From: Gemmatimonadota bacterium
GTDB taxonomy: Bacteria > Gemmatimonadota > Gemmatimonadetes > Longimicrobiales > RSA9
Direction: 5' to 3'
Assembly (NCBI GenBank): GCA_040905425.1
Contig: JBBDRO010000047.1
Coordinates: 1-39,587, forward strand
DNA length: 39,587 nt
The position numbers and the translations under genes were made by a program. This document shows, piece by piece, positions 16,975-26,082 of this stretch (its first letter is position 1; each line of letters begins with the position of its first letter). Below the pieces are notes generated by a model. The model was given only the letters and a program-made list of their open reading frames with translations, had not been told where the DNA came from and made no database searches.

Positions 16975-17646
16975 ACCTACGCCGTGCGGGCGCACCACAA
17001 CAGCTACGGCATGGCCCGCTCGCCCGTGGTGGAGCTGCGCGCCGGGGAGACGCGGGTGCTCCAACTGACGCTGGTCTATTCGGGCTATGTGCTTCCCCGG
17101 CTGCGCGTGGAGGTCGAGGCGGCACCGCTCCTCCCCGTGGGACGCGCCAGCTTCGAGGCGCACCGCGCGCTGGGAAAGGGCGTGTTCATCGATAGCATCC
17201 GTCTGGCCGAGAAGAAGCCCGGCTTCTTCACCGACGCGCTACGGGCGGAGGAGGGGATCTGGCCCACCCTGAACAGCCGGCTCTATCCGGTCTACGTCTT
17301 TCCGCGCGCGCCGAATAACTGCGCCTTCACGTACGTGAATCCGCTCCGGCCACCGAAAGTCCACGACTTCGGCGGCGCCGCGCGTCAGCGGGGGCCGCCG
17401 GCTGGTATCTACGCCCTCACCCGCGCCATGAACGGGGACACCATTGTCTCGGCGCGCCTCAGGGGGGCACATGATGGCGGTTTTTTCGGCCACGTCGACA
17501 ACTTCTTCGACCCGCGCGACCTGGCGGGCATCGAACTCTACCGGGAGGGTGACGAGGTGCCGGCCGATCTGGCACCACTGAAACACGGCCGCTGTGCGCT
17601 CATTATCGTGTGGACGAAGGCGGCATGGGAGGGGGTACGTCGATGA
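16726..17646 (+). CDS. Secreted carboxypeptidase-regulatory + plug-like protein (array type A)
   Basis: GTGA-coupled start; close paralog of 14928-15833; CAFTYVNP, LAGIELYRE, CALIIVWT. Confidence 0.85.
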   Translation: MSGGGQATRAWRVTGVVALLLTGTWTVPAAAQRPVVEGRVLEGATEAPVVGAIVELLGPRGERFAAVLSDTTGAFRLEAEGPGTYAVRAHHNSYGMARSPVVELRAGETRVLQLTLVYSGYVLPRLRVEVEAAPLLPVGRASFEAHRALGKGVFIDSIRLAEKKPGFFTDALRAEEGIWPTLNSRLYPVYVFPRAPNNCAFTYVNPLRPPKVHDFGGAARQRGPPAGIYALTRAMNGDTIVSARLRGAHDGGFFGHVDNFFDPRDLAGIELYREGDEVPADLAPLKHGRCALIIVWTKAAWEGVRR

Positions 17647-18557
17647 AGCCGCGGGCAGTGCGGGCAACCTACATGCTCCTGGCGTCCGTCCTGGCCGCCC
17701 TCCTCCCCGCCAGCGGCGTCGAGGCCCAGACGCTGGTACGCGGCAAGCTGGAGGACGCCCGCACTGGCGCGGGCGTGGCCGCCGCGGTGGTGGAGCTCCT
17801 CGGCACCGCCGGCGAGCGCTTCGGCGCCACCCTGTCAGATTCGCTCGGCGCGTTCACGCTGCCTGCGCCCGGGCCGGGAACCTACCAGTTGCGGGCCGTC
17901 CATGCCGAATACCCGCCGGCGCTTTCCACCAGGCTAACCCTGGACGAGGACCAGCAGGTGGTGGACTTCCGCCTCTACATGGGCATCGAGGGCATCGAGC
18001 TGGCGCCCATCGAGGTGATCGGCCGCTCCACCATGAAGCTGTCCCGCGGCCAGGACATCTTCGACGCCAACCAGCGGCTGGGTAAGGGCCGCTTCATCAC
18101 GGCCGAGGAGATCCGTCTCAAGAATCCGCCTGCCACCTCATACATTCTGCGGGGGGAGGAGGGGGTGGCGCCGTCAGGTATGCCGGACGGGACCATGGTG
18201 TACACGTCCACCCGCACGCTGTGCGTGCACGTGGTGGTGAATGGCCAGTGGCGCTCAACCACGCCCCGCATACGCTTCATGCGTCCGAGAGCCATCGTGG
18301 CTGCCCATGAGGCCTACATCGAGCGCATCGCGAATCCTCGGACATCCGACCCGTTTGCCGGGATGGGGGGGTGGGCTATCAGCGTGGATGCGGTCCTCAT
18401 GCCGGAGGACATCGCGGGCATGGAGTTCTACCGGGAGGACGACGAGAATCCGGAGTTCTGGATCCAGCATGCCATGGATGCCAACGAGCACCAGATTGCC
18501 CAGGACCTGCGTTTCAGCTGCGGCCTGTTGGTGATGTGGACGAAGGGCGGGTGGTGA
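17643..18557 (+). CDS. Secreted carboxypeptidase-regulatory + plug-like protein (array type B)
   Basis: ATGA-coupled start; VEA-Q signal; GKGRFITAEEI, CVHVVVNG, IAGMEFYRE, CGLLVMWTKGGW. Confidence 0.85.
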   Translation: MKPRAVRATYMLLASVLAALLPASGVEAQTLVRGKLEDARTGAGVAAAVVELLGTAGERFGATLSDSLGAFTLPAPGPGTYQLRAVHAEYPPALSTRLTLDEDQQVVDFRLYMGIEGIELAPIEVIGRSTMKLSRGQDIFDANQRLGKGRFITAEEIRLKNPPATSYILRGEEGVAPSGMPDGTMVYTSTRTLCVHVVVNGQWRSTTPRIRFMRPRAIVAAHEAYIERIANPRTSDPFAGMGGWAISVDAVLMPEDIAGMEFYREDDENPEFWIQHAMDANEHQIAQDLRFSCGLLVMWTKGGW

Positions 18558-18666
18558 AAACGGCGCGGCTGCCGGCGGTGTGGGCCGGAGGTCGCGCCGC
18601 ACACGGGTGGGAGCGCGCGGGGGTGCACAACGCTCGGAGCTTTTGCACAGCCCGGCGCGTGGTTAA

Positions 18667-18694
18667 GCCAAAATACTTTATAAAGTATTTTGGC
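18667..18694. promoter_or_regulatory. Perfect 28-bp AT-rich palindrome
   Basis: GCCAAAATACTTTATAAAGTATTTTGGC equals its own reverse complement; function unassigned. Confidence 0.6.
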
Positions 18695-18882
18695 GGCAGG
18701 CCGGGCCGGACCCTGCTTCTGCGCCGAGCGTTCCAGCACCTGCCTGCCGGCGCTCGGAGAAGAATTCGGCCGCCCGGGCCGTGGGGGATGGTGGGGTGCG
18801 CCGCATGAGCCCGCAATCAACGTCAGGGTGGAAGCGCGCGCCGCGCGCGTTATATTAGGGGCCTGCGGATCGACGCGGCGCC

Positions 18883-19878
18883 ATGCCGCACCCCTACGGA
18901 GGCGAATTGACCACCCTCGAGGCTCGGGTCCCCGACGCCGGTTCCGGCGGCGCCGTGCACACCGGCGCGGCCGCGGAGCCACGTGCGCGTGCGCGACCGC
19001 CCCGTCCGCCCGCGCGCGCCGGCCTGCCGCGCGCCTACCTGGAGCTCACCAAGCCGGGCATCACGCGTATGGTGGTGGTCACCACCGCCGCGGGCTTCTA
19101 CATGGCCGCGCGCGGGGGCATCGACTGGTTTCTGCTGCTCCACACCCTGGTGGCCACGGCGCTCGTGGCCAGCGGGTGCAACGCCTTCAACCAGATCCTG
19201 GAGCGGGACGCCGACGCGCGCATGAAGCGGACGGCGCGCCGTCCGCTGCCCAGCGGCCGGCTCGGCACCGCGGAGGCCTACGCCTTCTCCGTCTTCATAT
19301 CCGCGGTGGGGCTGGTGCAGTTGGTGGTGTTCGTGAACCTGCTCACCGCCGTGCTGGTGGCGGCCAGCCTGGCCAGCTACGTGTGGATCTACACGCCCAT
19401 GAAGAAGGCCACGTGGGTGGCCACCTGGGTGGGGGCGGTGCCGGGGGCGCTGCCCATCCTGGCGGGGTGGACGGCCGCGGGCGGCGGGCTGGACGCCGTG
19501 GGCTGGGCGCTCTTTGCCATCCTCTTCCTCTGGCAGATGCCGCACTTCTTCGCGCTGGCCTGGATCTACCGGGACGATTACAGCCGCGGCGGCTTCCGCA
19601 TGCTCACCGTGGTGGACCCGAGCGGCCGCCGCTCGGGCAGGCAGGCCGTGCTCTTCGCGCTGCTGCTCATCCCCGCCAGCCTGCTGCCCTCCGTGCTGGG
19701 CGTGGCCGGTCAGCTCTACCTGGGCGCGGCGCTGATCCTGGGCGTGGCGTTCACGGCGCTGGCCGTCCGCCACGCCATGCGCCGCACGGACCGGGACGCC
19801 TGGGGCCTGTTCATCGGCTCCATTGCCTACCTGCCGCTGCTCCTTCTCCTGTTGGCCATCGACAAGCTGCCCTACTGA
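18883..19878 (+). CDS. ctaB: Protoheme IX farnesyltransferase (heme o synthase)
   Basis: YLELTKP, NQILERDADARMKRTARRPLPSG, YTPMKK, GAVPGALP and WQMPHF motifs; multi-TM. Confidence 0.95.
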   Translation: MPHPYGGELTTLEARVPDAGSGGAVHTGAAAEPRARARPPRPPARAGLPRAYLELTKPGITRMVVVTTAAGFYMAARGGIDWFLLLHTLVATALVASGCNAFNQILERDADARMKRTARRPLPSGRLGTAEAYAFSVFISAVGLVQLVVFVNLLTAVLVAASLASYVWIYTPMKKATWVATWVGAVPGALPILAGWTAAGGGLDAVGWALFAILFLWQMPHFFALAWIYRDDYSRGGFRMLTVVDPSGRRSGRQAVLFALLLIPASLLPSVLGVAGQLYLGAALILGVAFTALAVRHAMRRTDRDAWGLFIGSIAYLPLLLLLLAIDKLPY

Positions 19879-19939
19879 CGAACCGGCGCCGCCCCCGGGA
19901 TGGTGGGAGCTACGCCGGTGCGTTGAAGTGGGACGTCGC

Positions 19940-20605
19940 TTACCGCTCTATGATGGTGGTGCGACGGATGTAATCCAGGCTGGGAAACATCTCCTCCAGA
20001 TACGCGTTGCCGCGACTGCGCATGAGCCCCTGATCGGGGCCTGCGCCGCGGGGCGCGCCCTCACCGTAGCCGGAGTAGAGGGCATCCACCGCCTCCATCC
20101 CGTTCGTCACGCGGCCGAACGGCGCGAAGCGCATGGCGTCCAGGTTGGAGTTGTCGCCGAAATTGATGAAGAACTGGGTGGTGCGCGTGTTGGGCTGGGA
20201 CTGGGCGGCGAAGCTCACCATGCCGCGACCGTTCGTCTGCGTCACCGGATCGTCGGGGATGGTCTGGCCCGTCCACGCCTCGCTCACGGCAGAATCACCG
20301 TGCAGGCCCACCTGGGCCATGAACCCGGGCAGCACGCGGAAGAAGCGGTTGCCGTCATAGTAGCCGTTGCGCACCAGGTTGTAGAAGCGCTTGGCGCCCT
20401 CGGGCGCCCACGCCTCGATGACCTGGATGTCGAACGTGCCGGCGGTGGTCTCGAAGCGAGCCACGAAGGTGTCCGGGGGCTCCGCGGCGAACGCGGCGGC
20501 GGCGGGATCGAGCAGCACCGGGTCAGTCTCCGCGGGCGGCCCGCCGTTGTTGCCGGCGCAGGCCGCCAGGGTGATGCCCAGCAGCAGGGTGACGATGCGG
20601 CGCAT
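19940..20605 (-). CDS. Cyclophilin-type peptidyl-prolyl isomerase, lipoprotein
   Basis: MRRIVTLLLGITLAAC lipobox; WAPEGAKRF, RFFRVLPGFMAQ, TTQFFINF and FAPFGRV motifs. Confidence 0.92.
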   Translation of the reverse strand: MRRIVTLLLGITLAACAGNNGGPPAETDPVLLDPAAAAFAAEPPDTFVARFETTAGTFDIQVIEAWAPEGAKRFYNLVRNGYYDGNRFFRVLPGFMAQVGLHGDSAVSEAWTGQTIPDDPVTQTNGRGMVSFAAQSQPNTRTTQFFINFGDNSNLDAMRFAPFGRVTNGMEAVDALYSGYGEGAPRGAGPDQGLMRSRGNAYLEEMFPSLDYIRRTTIIER

Positions 20606-20781
20606 GGTCCTCTCCGTTACAGGTTCAGGGAAGGCTATAAGGTAAGCGACGACGCTCGGCAGGTCACGGGGGCGCCTCCACCTCTCCTTCCAACCCCTGA
20701 CACTTTCATCCCATCCAATACGTACGTACCCGCACACGGCTCCCTGCGGCCCGGCCCGCGACCCCACAACCGAACACGCCC

Positions 20782-23280
20782 ATGCGCAATGTGAAGCTGG
20801 CCCTGCGAATGCTCTTCAAGTCACCGCTCGTCACCGTGGTGGCCATCCTCTCCCTGGCGCTGGGGATCGGGGCCAACGCGGCCATCTTCTCCCTCTTCGA
20901 CCAGATGATCCTCTCCCCGCTGCCGGTGCGCGCGCCGGAGCGGCTGGTGAACCTGAACGCGCCGGGGCCGAAGCACGGCAGCACCACGTGCAATCAGGCG
21001 GGGGACTGTGACTACGTGCTGAGCTACCCCATGTACCGGGACCTGGAGCGGGCGGCGGAACCCTTCGGCACCCTGGCGGCGCACCGCTACTTCTCCGCCA
21101 ACGTGGCCGTGCCCGGCGGGGAGACCATGAACGCGGAGGGCGTGCTGGTCTCCGGCTCCTACTTCGAGGTGCTCGGCCTGCAGCCGGCGGCGGGTCGCCT
21201 GCTGGGGCGCGGCGACGATCAGACCATAGGCGCGCACCCGGTGGCGGTGCTCAGCCACGGCTTCTGGCGCACCCGCATGGGCTCCGACCCGGAGGTGGTG
21301 GGCCGCACCCTGGTGGTGAACGGCACCACGCTGGACATCGTGGGCGTGGCGCCCGAAACCTTCCGCGGCGCCACGCTGGGGAGCCGGCCGGTGGTCTACG
21401 TCCCGCTGGTCATGCGCGCGCAGATGTCGCCCGGCTGGGACGCCTTCGAGAACCGGCGCAACTACTGGATCTACGCGTTCGCGCGCCTGGCGCCCGGGAT
21501 GTCCGTGGAGCAGGCGCAGGCGGCCGTGAACGGCGTCTACCGCCCCATCCTGAATGAGGTGGAGGCGCCCCTCCAGGAGGGCATGGACCCGCAGACACTG
21601 GAGCGCTTCCGCGCGCGCGAGCTGCTGCTGGAGGACGGGCGCCGCGGGCAGAGCTCGGTGCACGAGGAAGCCAGGACGCCGCTCATCATGATGTTCGCCA
21701 CCGCGAGCATCGTGCTCCTCATTGCGGTAGCCAACATCGCGAACCTGCTGCTGGCGCGCGGCGCCAACCGGGGGCTCGAGATGGCGGTGCGGTTGTCACT
21801 GGGCGCGCGCCGGCGGCAGGTGGTCGGGCAGCTCCTGACGGAGGCGGTGCTGCTGGCGCTCATGGGCGGCGCGGCCAGCCTGGTGGTGGCCCACTGGACG
21901 CTGGCGGGGATTGCCTCCCTCCTGCCGCCGGAGGCGTCGGAGAGCCTGGCCTTCTCGCTGCAATGGTCGGTGGTGGGCTTCGCGGCCGCGCTGTCGGTGC
22001 TCACGGGGCTGTTCTTCGGGCTTTTCCCGGCGCTGCACAGCACCCGCTCCGAGCTGGTGTCCAGCATCCGCGCCAATGCCGGCAACCTGACGGTGACCCG
22101 GGGGGCGGTGCGCTTCCGCACGACGCTCGTGACCGCCCAGATAGCCCTCTCCATGGCGCTGCTCATTGCTGCGGGGCTGTTCCTGAAGAGCCTGGTGAAC
22201 GTCACGCGCGTGGACCTGGGGCTCACGGCGGACGGCATCGTCACCTTCCAGATCGCGCCGGCGCTGAACGGCATGGCGGCCGAACAGCGCTACCCGCTCT
22301 TCCAGGAGGTGCAGGACCAGCTCGCGGCCCTCCCCGGTGTCACCGCCGTGACCGCCGCCATGGTGCCGGTGCTGGCGGGCAGCAGTTGGGGGACGAGCGT
22401 GCGCGTGGAGGGCTTCGAGAGCGGCCCGGGCATCGATTCAGGCGCCCGCTACAACCATGTGGGCCCCGGCTACTTTGCCACCTTCGGGATGCCGCTGCAG
22501 GCGGGACGGGAGTTCACCCGGGCCGATGATGCGGTGGGGGCGCCGGTGGCCGTGGTGAATGAGGCCTTCGTGGAGAAGTTCGGGCTCGGCCGGGACGCCG
22601 TGGGCAGCTTCATGTCGGACGGGGGCCACGACGAGCTGGACATCCAGATCGTGGGCGTGGTGCGCAACGCCGCCTACAACAACGTCAAGGATGATGTCCC
22701 GCCCCTCTTCTTCCGGCCCTGGCCGCAGAACGAGGACGTGGGCGCGCTCAGCTTCTACATCAGCTCGCCCTTGCCGCCCGCGCAGGTGATCCGGAGCGCC
22801 CGGAACGTCATGCGGGGGATCGATCCGAATCTGCCGCTGGAGGAAATGAAGACCATGCGGCAGCAGGTCCGTGAGAACGTGGCCCTCGACCGCATCATCA
22901 GCATCCTGTCCGCCTGTTTCGCCGGGCTGGCCACGCTGCTGGCGGCGGTGGGGCTCTACGGCGTGCTGGCCTACACCGTGGCCACCCGCTCCCGGGAGAT
23001 CGGCGTGCGCATGGCCCTGGGCGCCAGCGCGGGTGCCGTGCGGCGCATGGTCCTGGGCCAGGTCCTCCGCATGCTCGCGGTGGGCGGGGTGGTGGGAATC
23101 GTCGGCGCGGTGTTCCTGGGCCGGGCGGCCAGCGCCATCCTCTTCGGCATGGAGGGCACCGACCCGCTGGTGTTCGCGGCGTCGGCCAGTCTGCTGGCGG
23201 TGTTCGCGCTGGCGGCGGGGCTGGTGCCGGCGGTCAGGGCCTCGCGGACGGCGCCCAGCCAGGCGCTGCGCTACGAGTAG
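20782..23280 (+). CDS. Duplicated MacB/FtsX-type ABC permease (ADOP-like orphan permease)
   Basis: 832 aa; SLALGIGANAAIFS, two periplasmic core domains, NIANLLLAR...EMAVRLSLGA and REIGVRMALGA; terminal ALRYE; no adjacent ATPase. Confidence 0.92.
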   Translation: MRNVKLALRMLFKSPLVTVVAILSLALGIGANAAIFSLFDQMILSPLPVRAPERLVNLNAPGPKHGSTTCNQAGDCDYVLSYPMYRDLERAAEPFGTLAAHRYFSANVAVPGGETMNAEGVLVSGSYFEVLGLQPAAGRLLGRGDDQTIGAHPVAVLSHGFWRTRMGSDPEVVGRTLVVNGTTLDIVGVAPETFRGATLGSRPVVYVPLVMRAQMSPGWDAFENRRNYWIYAFARLAPGMSVEQAQAAVNGVYRPILNEVEAPLQEGMDPQTLERFRARELLLEDGRRGQSSVHEEARTPLIMMFATASIVLLIAVANIANLLLARGANRGLEMAVRLSLGARRRQVVGQLLTEAVLLALMGGAASLVVAHWTLAGIASLLPPEASESLAFSLQWSVVGFAAALSVLTGLFFGLFPALHSTRSELVSSIRANAGNLTVTRGAVRFRTTLVTAQIALSMALLIAAGLFLKSLVNVTRVDLGLTADGIVTFQIAPALNGMAAEQRYPLFQEVQDQLAALPGVTAVTAAMVPVLAGSSWGTSVRVEGFESGPGIDSGARYNHVGPGYFATFGMPLQAGREFTRADDAVGAPVAVVNEAFVEKFGLGRDAVGSFMSDGGHDELDIQIVGVVRNAAYNNVKDDVPPLFFRPWPQNEDVGALSFYISSPLPPAQVIRSARNVMRGIDPNLPLEEMKTMRQQVRENVALDRIISILSACFAGLATLLAAVGLYGVLAYTVATRSREIGVRMALGASAGAVRRMVLGQVLRMLAVGGVVGIVGAVFLGRAASAILFGMEGTDPLVFAASASLLAVFALAAGLVPAVRASRTAPSQALRYE

Positions 23281-23286
23281 CGGCGC

Positions 23287-23601
23287 TCAGCCGCCGTACT
23301 CCGGCAGCACCTTGAAGAGGATGACCAGGCCCACCACCACGAAGACCGCCAGCACCATGGGGCCGAAGAAGACGCGGCTGAAGATGGGGCTGTCCGACTT
23401 CAGGTGCATGTAGAAGAGCACCACCATGACGAACTTGGCCGCCGAGAGGATCAGCAGCGTGGGCACGAGCACCGGGGCCAGCGCCGGAATGTAGAAGATG
23501 GCCACTTCCACGCCGGTGATGACGGTGAGGATGATGCCGATGAGCACGTAGCCCCGCCACGTCATGTGCCCGGCCTCGTGGGCCTCGTGATGTTCCGCCA
23601 T
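23287..23601 (-). CDS. ctaF: Cytochrome c oxidase subunit IV (caa3-type)
   Basis: Three TM helices; AKFVMVVLFYMHLK motif; last gene of the oxidase operon. Confidence 0.88.
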   Translation of the reverse strand: MAEHHEAHEAGHMTWRGYVLIGIILTVITGVEVAIFYIPALAPVLVPTLLILSAAKFVMVVLFYMHLKSDSPIFSRVFFGPMVLAVFVVVGLVILFKVLPEYGG

Positions 23602-23610
23602 ACGCCTCTC

Positions 23611-24255
23611 CTACTCGATCAGGTAGATCAGCGTGAAGATCGCGATCCATACGATGTCCACGAAGTGCCAGTAGAGCCCCGCGATCTCCACCTTGAGGGC
23701 GTGCTCGTTGGTCACGGCGAAGCGGCCCCGGAAGGACTCGAGCCACAGGATCAGCAGCCAGATCACGCCAATGGTCACGTGGGCGCCGTGGAAGCCCGTC
23801 AGCACGAAGAAGCTGGAGCCGAACAGGTTGGTCTGGAGCGTCAGCCCTTCGTGGTAGAAGTGCGTGAACTCGTAGGCCTGGAAGCCCAGGAAGGTGGCGC
23901 CCAGGATGATGACCCCCATGAGACCCCAGAGCCCCACCTTGCGATTGTTGCGCTGGAAGCCGTCCAGCGCAATCACCATGGCCAGTGAGCTCATGAGCAG
24001 CACGAAGGTGCTGACCGAGGTGAGCGGGATGTCCAGCAGGTCCGTGGGATAGGGGCCCGTGACGGACTCGTGCTTGTAGACCATGTAGGTGGAGATGAGC
24101 GTTCCGAAGAACAGCGTCTCCGACCCCATGAAGATCCAGAAGCCCAGCTTCCAGGTGTTCAGTCCGGTGGCCGTGGGCGGATGCGCGGCATGAGCCGACT
24201 CGCCGGGGCCGTGACCGGGACCGTGGGGTGCTGGCATGGCTGCGGTATTCTCCAT
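23611..24255 (-). CDS. ctaE: Cytochrome c oxidase subunit III
   Basis: GFWIFMGSE, LTGFHGAHV and GLYWHFVDIVW motifs; start MENTAAM overlaps the ctaD stop (TGATG). Confidence 0.93.
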   Translation of the reverse strand: MENTAAMPAPHGPGHGPGESAHAAHPPTATGLNTWKLGFWIFMGSETLFFGTLISTYMVYKHESVTGPYPTDLLDIPLTSVSTFVLLMSSLAMVIALDGFQRNNRKVGLWGLMGVIILGATFLGFQAYEFTHFYHEGLTLQTNLFGSSFFVLTGFHGAHVTIGVIWLLILWLESFRGRFAVTNEHALKVEIAGLYWHFVDIVWIAIFTLIYLIE

Positions 24256-26069
24256 CAGTGCGTCGGCTCGAAGGCCCAGTTGATGGCGCCGATCATGGTC
24301 CACGCCAGTCCGATTAGGGGCGCCCACCAGAGATTGGTCATGAAGAGCGCCATGGTGGCCACCACGCCCGCGGCCGTGAGAATGGGCCAGTACGAGGGCG
24401 GCGGCAGGTGGATGTGCTCCATGGGTCCGCGCGCGGCTTCCTCCATCTTGGCGGGCTCCACCCAGAGCGGCTCACGACTGTGCACCACCGGCGTGGTGTT
24501 GAAATTGTGCTCCGCCGGGGGAGACTCCGTGGCCCACTCGAGCGTGGCGGCGTTCCACGGGTTGGTGCCCGCCGGGGCGCCGCGCCGCACGCTGATCCAC
24601 AGGTTGTAGACCAGCAGCAGGACGGCCGGCACCTGCAGGAAGGCGCCCATGGACGTCACGAAATTAATCGTGGTCAGGTTCAGCTCCGGCGCGTACGTGA
24701 AGATACGCCGCGGCATACCCAACAGACCCGCGAAGTGCATGGGAAAGAACGTCAGGTTCATGCCCACGAAGTAGAGCCAGAAGAACCACCTGCCCAGCGT
24801 CTCGTTCATGAAACGGCCGGTCACCTTGGGGAACCAGTAGAAGATCCCCGCAAAGACGCCCATCACCGTGCCGCCGATCAGCACGTAGTGGAAGTGCGCC
24901 ACCACGAAGTAGGTGTCCGTCTGCTGCAGGTCGTGCGGCGAGGTGGCGTGCATGACGCCGGACACGCCGCCCACGGTGAAGAGCGCCACCGCGCCCACGG
25001 CAAAGAGCATGGCCGTGGTGAAGCGGATCTTGCCGCCCCACATGGTGGCGATCCAGTTGAAGATCTTCACCCCCGTGGGGATGGCAATGATCATGGTGCT
25101 CACCGTGAAGAAGGCGTCGGCAATGGGACCGAGCCCCGTGGCGAACATGTGGTGCGCCCAGGCGCCCCAGCCGATGAGCGCAATGAGCGCCGCCGAGTAC
25201 ACCATGACCGCGTAGCCGAAGAGCGGCTTGCGCGAGAAGGTGGGGATCACCTCCGAGATGATGCCGAAGGCCGGCAGGATCAGGATGTAGACCTCGGGGT
25301 GGCCGAACATCCAGAACAGGTGCTGCCAGAGCACCGGGTCACCGCCGGCGCTCACCTGGAAGAAGACCGTGCCCCAGAAGCGGTCGAAGGTCACCAGGAA
25401 GAGCGCCACGGCAAAGACCGGCAGGGCCGTGATGATGAGGAAGCTGGTGATGAACGCCATCCAGGTGAACAGCGGCATGCGCATCAGCCGCATGCCGGGC
25501 GCGCGCAGGTTGATGATGGTGGCCACGAAGTTGACGCCGCCCATGATGGAGGCGGCGCCCAGCGCCTGCAGCCCCAGCACCCAGAAGTCGATGTTCAGCC
25601 CTGGCGAGAATTCGCTCGACGTCAGATTGGCGTAGCCGAACCAGCCGCCGTTGGGCGCGGCGCCGATGAGGAAGCTGGCGTTGATGAAGATCCCACCGAA
25701 GAGGAAGATCCAGTAGGACAGGGCGTTCAGCCGCGGGAAGGCCACGTCCCGCGCGCCGATCTGCAGCGGCACGATGTAGTTGAAGAAGGCCACCGCAATG
25801 GGCATCCCCATGAGGAAGACCATGGTGGTGCCGTGCATGGTGAAGAGCTGGTTGTAGACCTCCGCCGAGACGAACTCGTTGCCGGGCCGCATGAGCTGGA
25901 TGCGGATGAGGATGGCCTCCAGCCCGCCCACCACCAGGAAGAACAGGGACGTCAGGAAATACAGGATGCCGATCTTTTTGTGATCGACCGTGGTCATGTA
26001 GTCCCAGATGATGCTGCGCGTGCCCCTCGGCTGTGCGGCGGGGGGCGCGTGCGCCTCGAGCGTTGCCAT
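24255..26069 (-). CDS. ctaD: Cytochrome c oxidase subunit I (A1-type)
   Basis: TVDHKKIG, TMHGTTM, FGHPEVY, WAHHMF, VAHFHY and GMPRR motifs. Confidence 0.97.
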   Translation of the reverse strand: MATLEAHAPPAAQPRGTRSIIWDYMTTVDHKKIGILYFLTSLFFLVVGGLEAILIRIQLMRPGNEFVSAEVYNQLFTMHGTTMVFLMGMPIAVAFFNYIVPLQIGARDVAFPRLNALSYWIFLFGGIFINASFLIGAAPNGGWFGYANLTSSEFSPGLNIDFWVLGLQALGAASIMGGVNFVATIINLRAPGMRLMRMPLFTWMAFITSFLIITALPVFAVALFLVTFDRFWGTVFFQVSAGGDPVLWQHLFWMFGHPEVYILILPAFGIISEVIPTFSRKPLFGYAVMVYSAALIALIGWGAWAHHMFATGLGPIADAFFTVSTMIIAIPTGVKIFNWIATMWGGKIRFTTAMLFAVGAVALFTVGGVSGVMHATSPHDLQQTDTYFVVAHFHYVLIGGTVMGVFAGIFYWFPKVTGRFMNETLGRWFFWLYFVGMNLTFFPMHFAGLLGMPRRIFTYAPELNLTTINFVTSMGAFLQVPAVLLLVYNLWISVRRGAPAGTNPWNAATLEWATESPPAEHNFNTTPVVHSREPLWVEPAKMEEAARGPMEHIHLPPPSYWPILTAAGVVATMALFMTNLWWAPLIGLAWTMIGAINWAFEPTH

Positions 26070-26082
26070 GCGTTGCGTCTCC

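Noticed and set aside
13629..18557. Diversity-generating retroelement or shufflon behind the array variation
   Set aside because: No reverse transcriptase or recombinase, no template/variable repeat pair with adenine-specific differences, and no inverted crossover sites.
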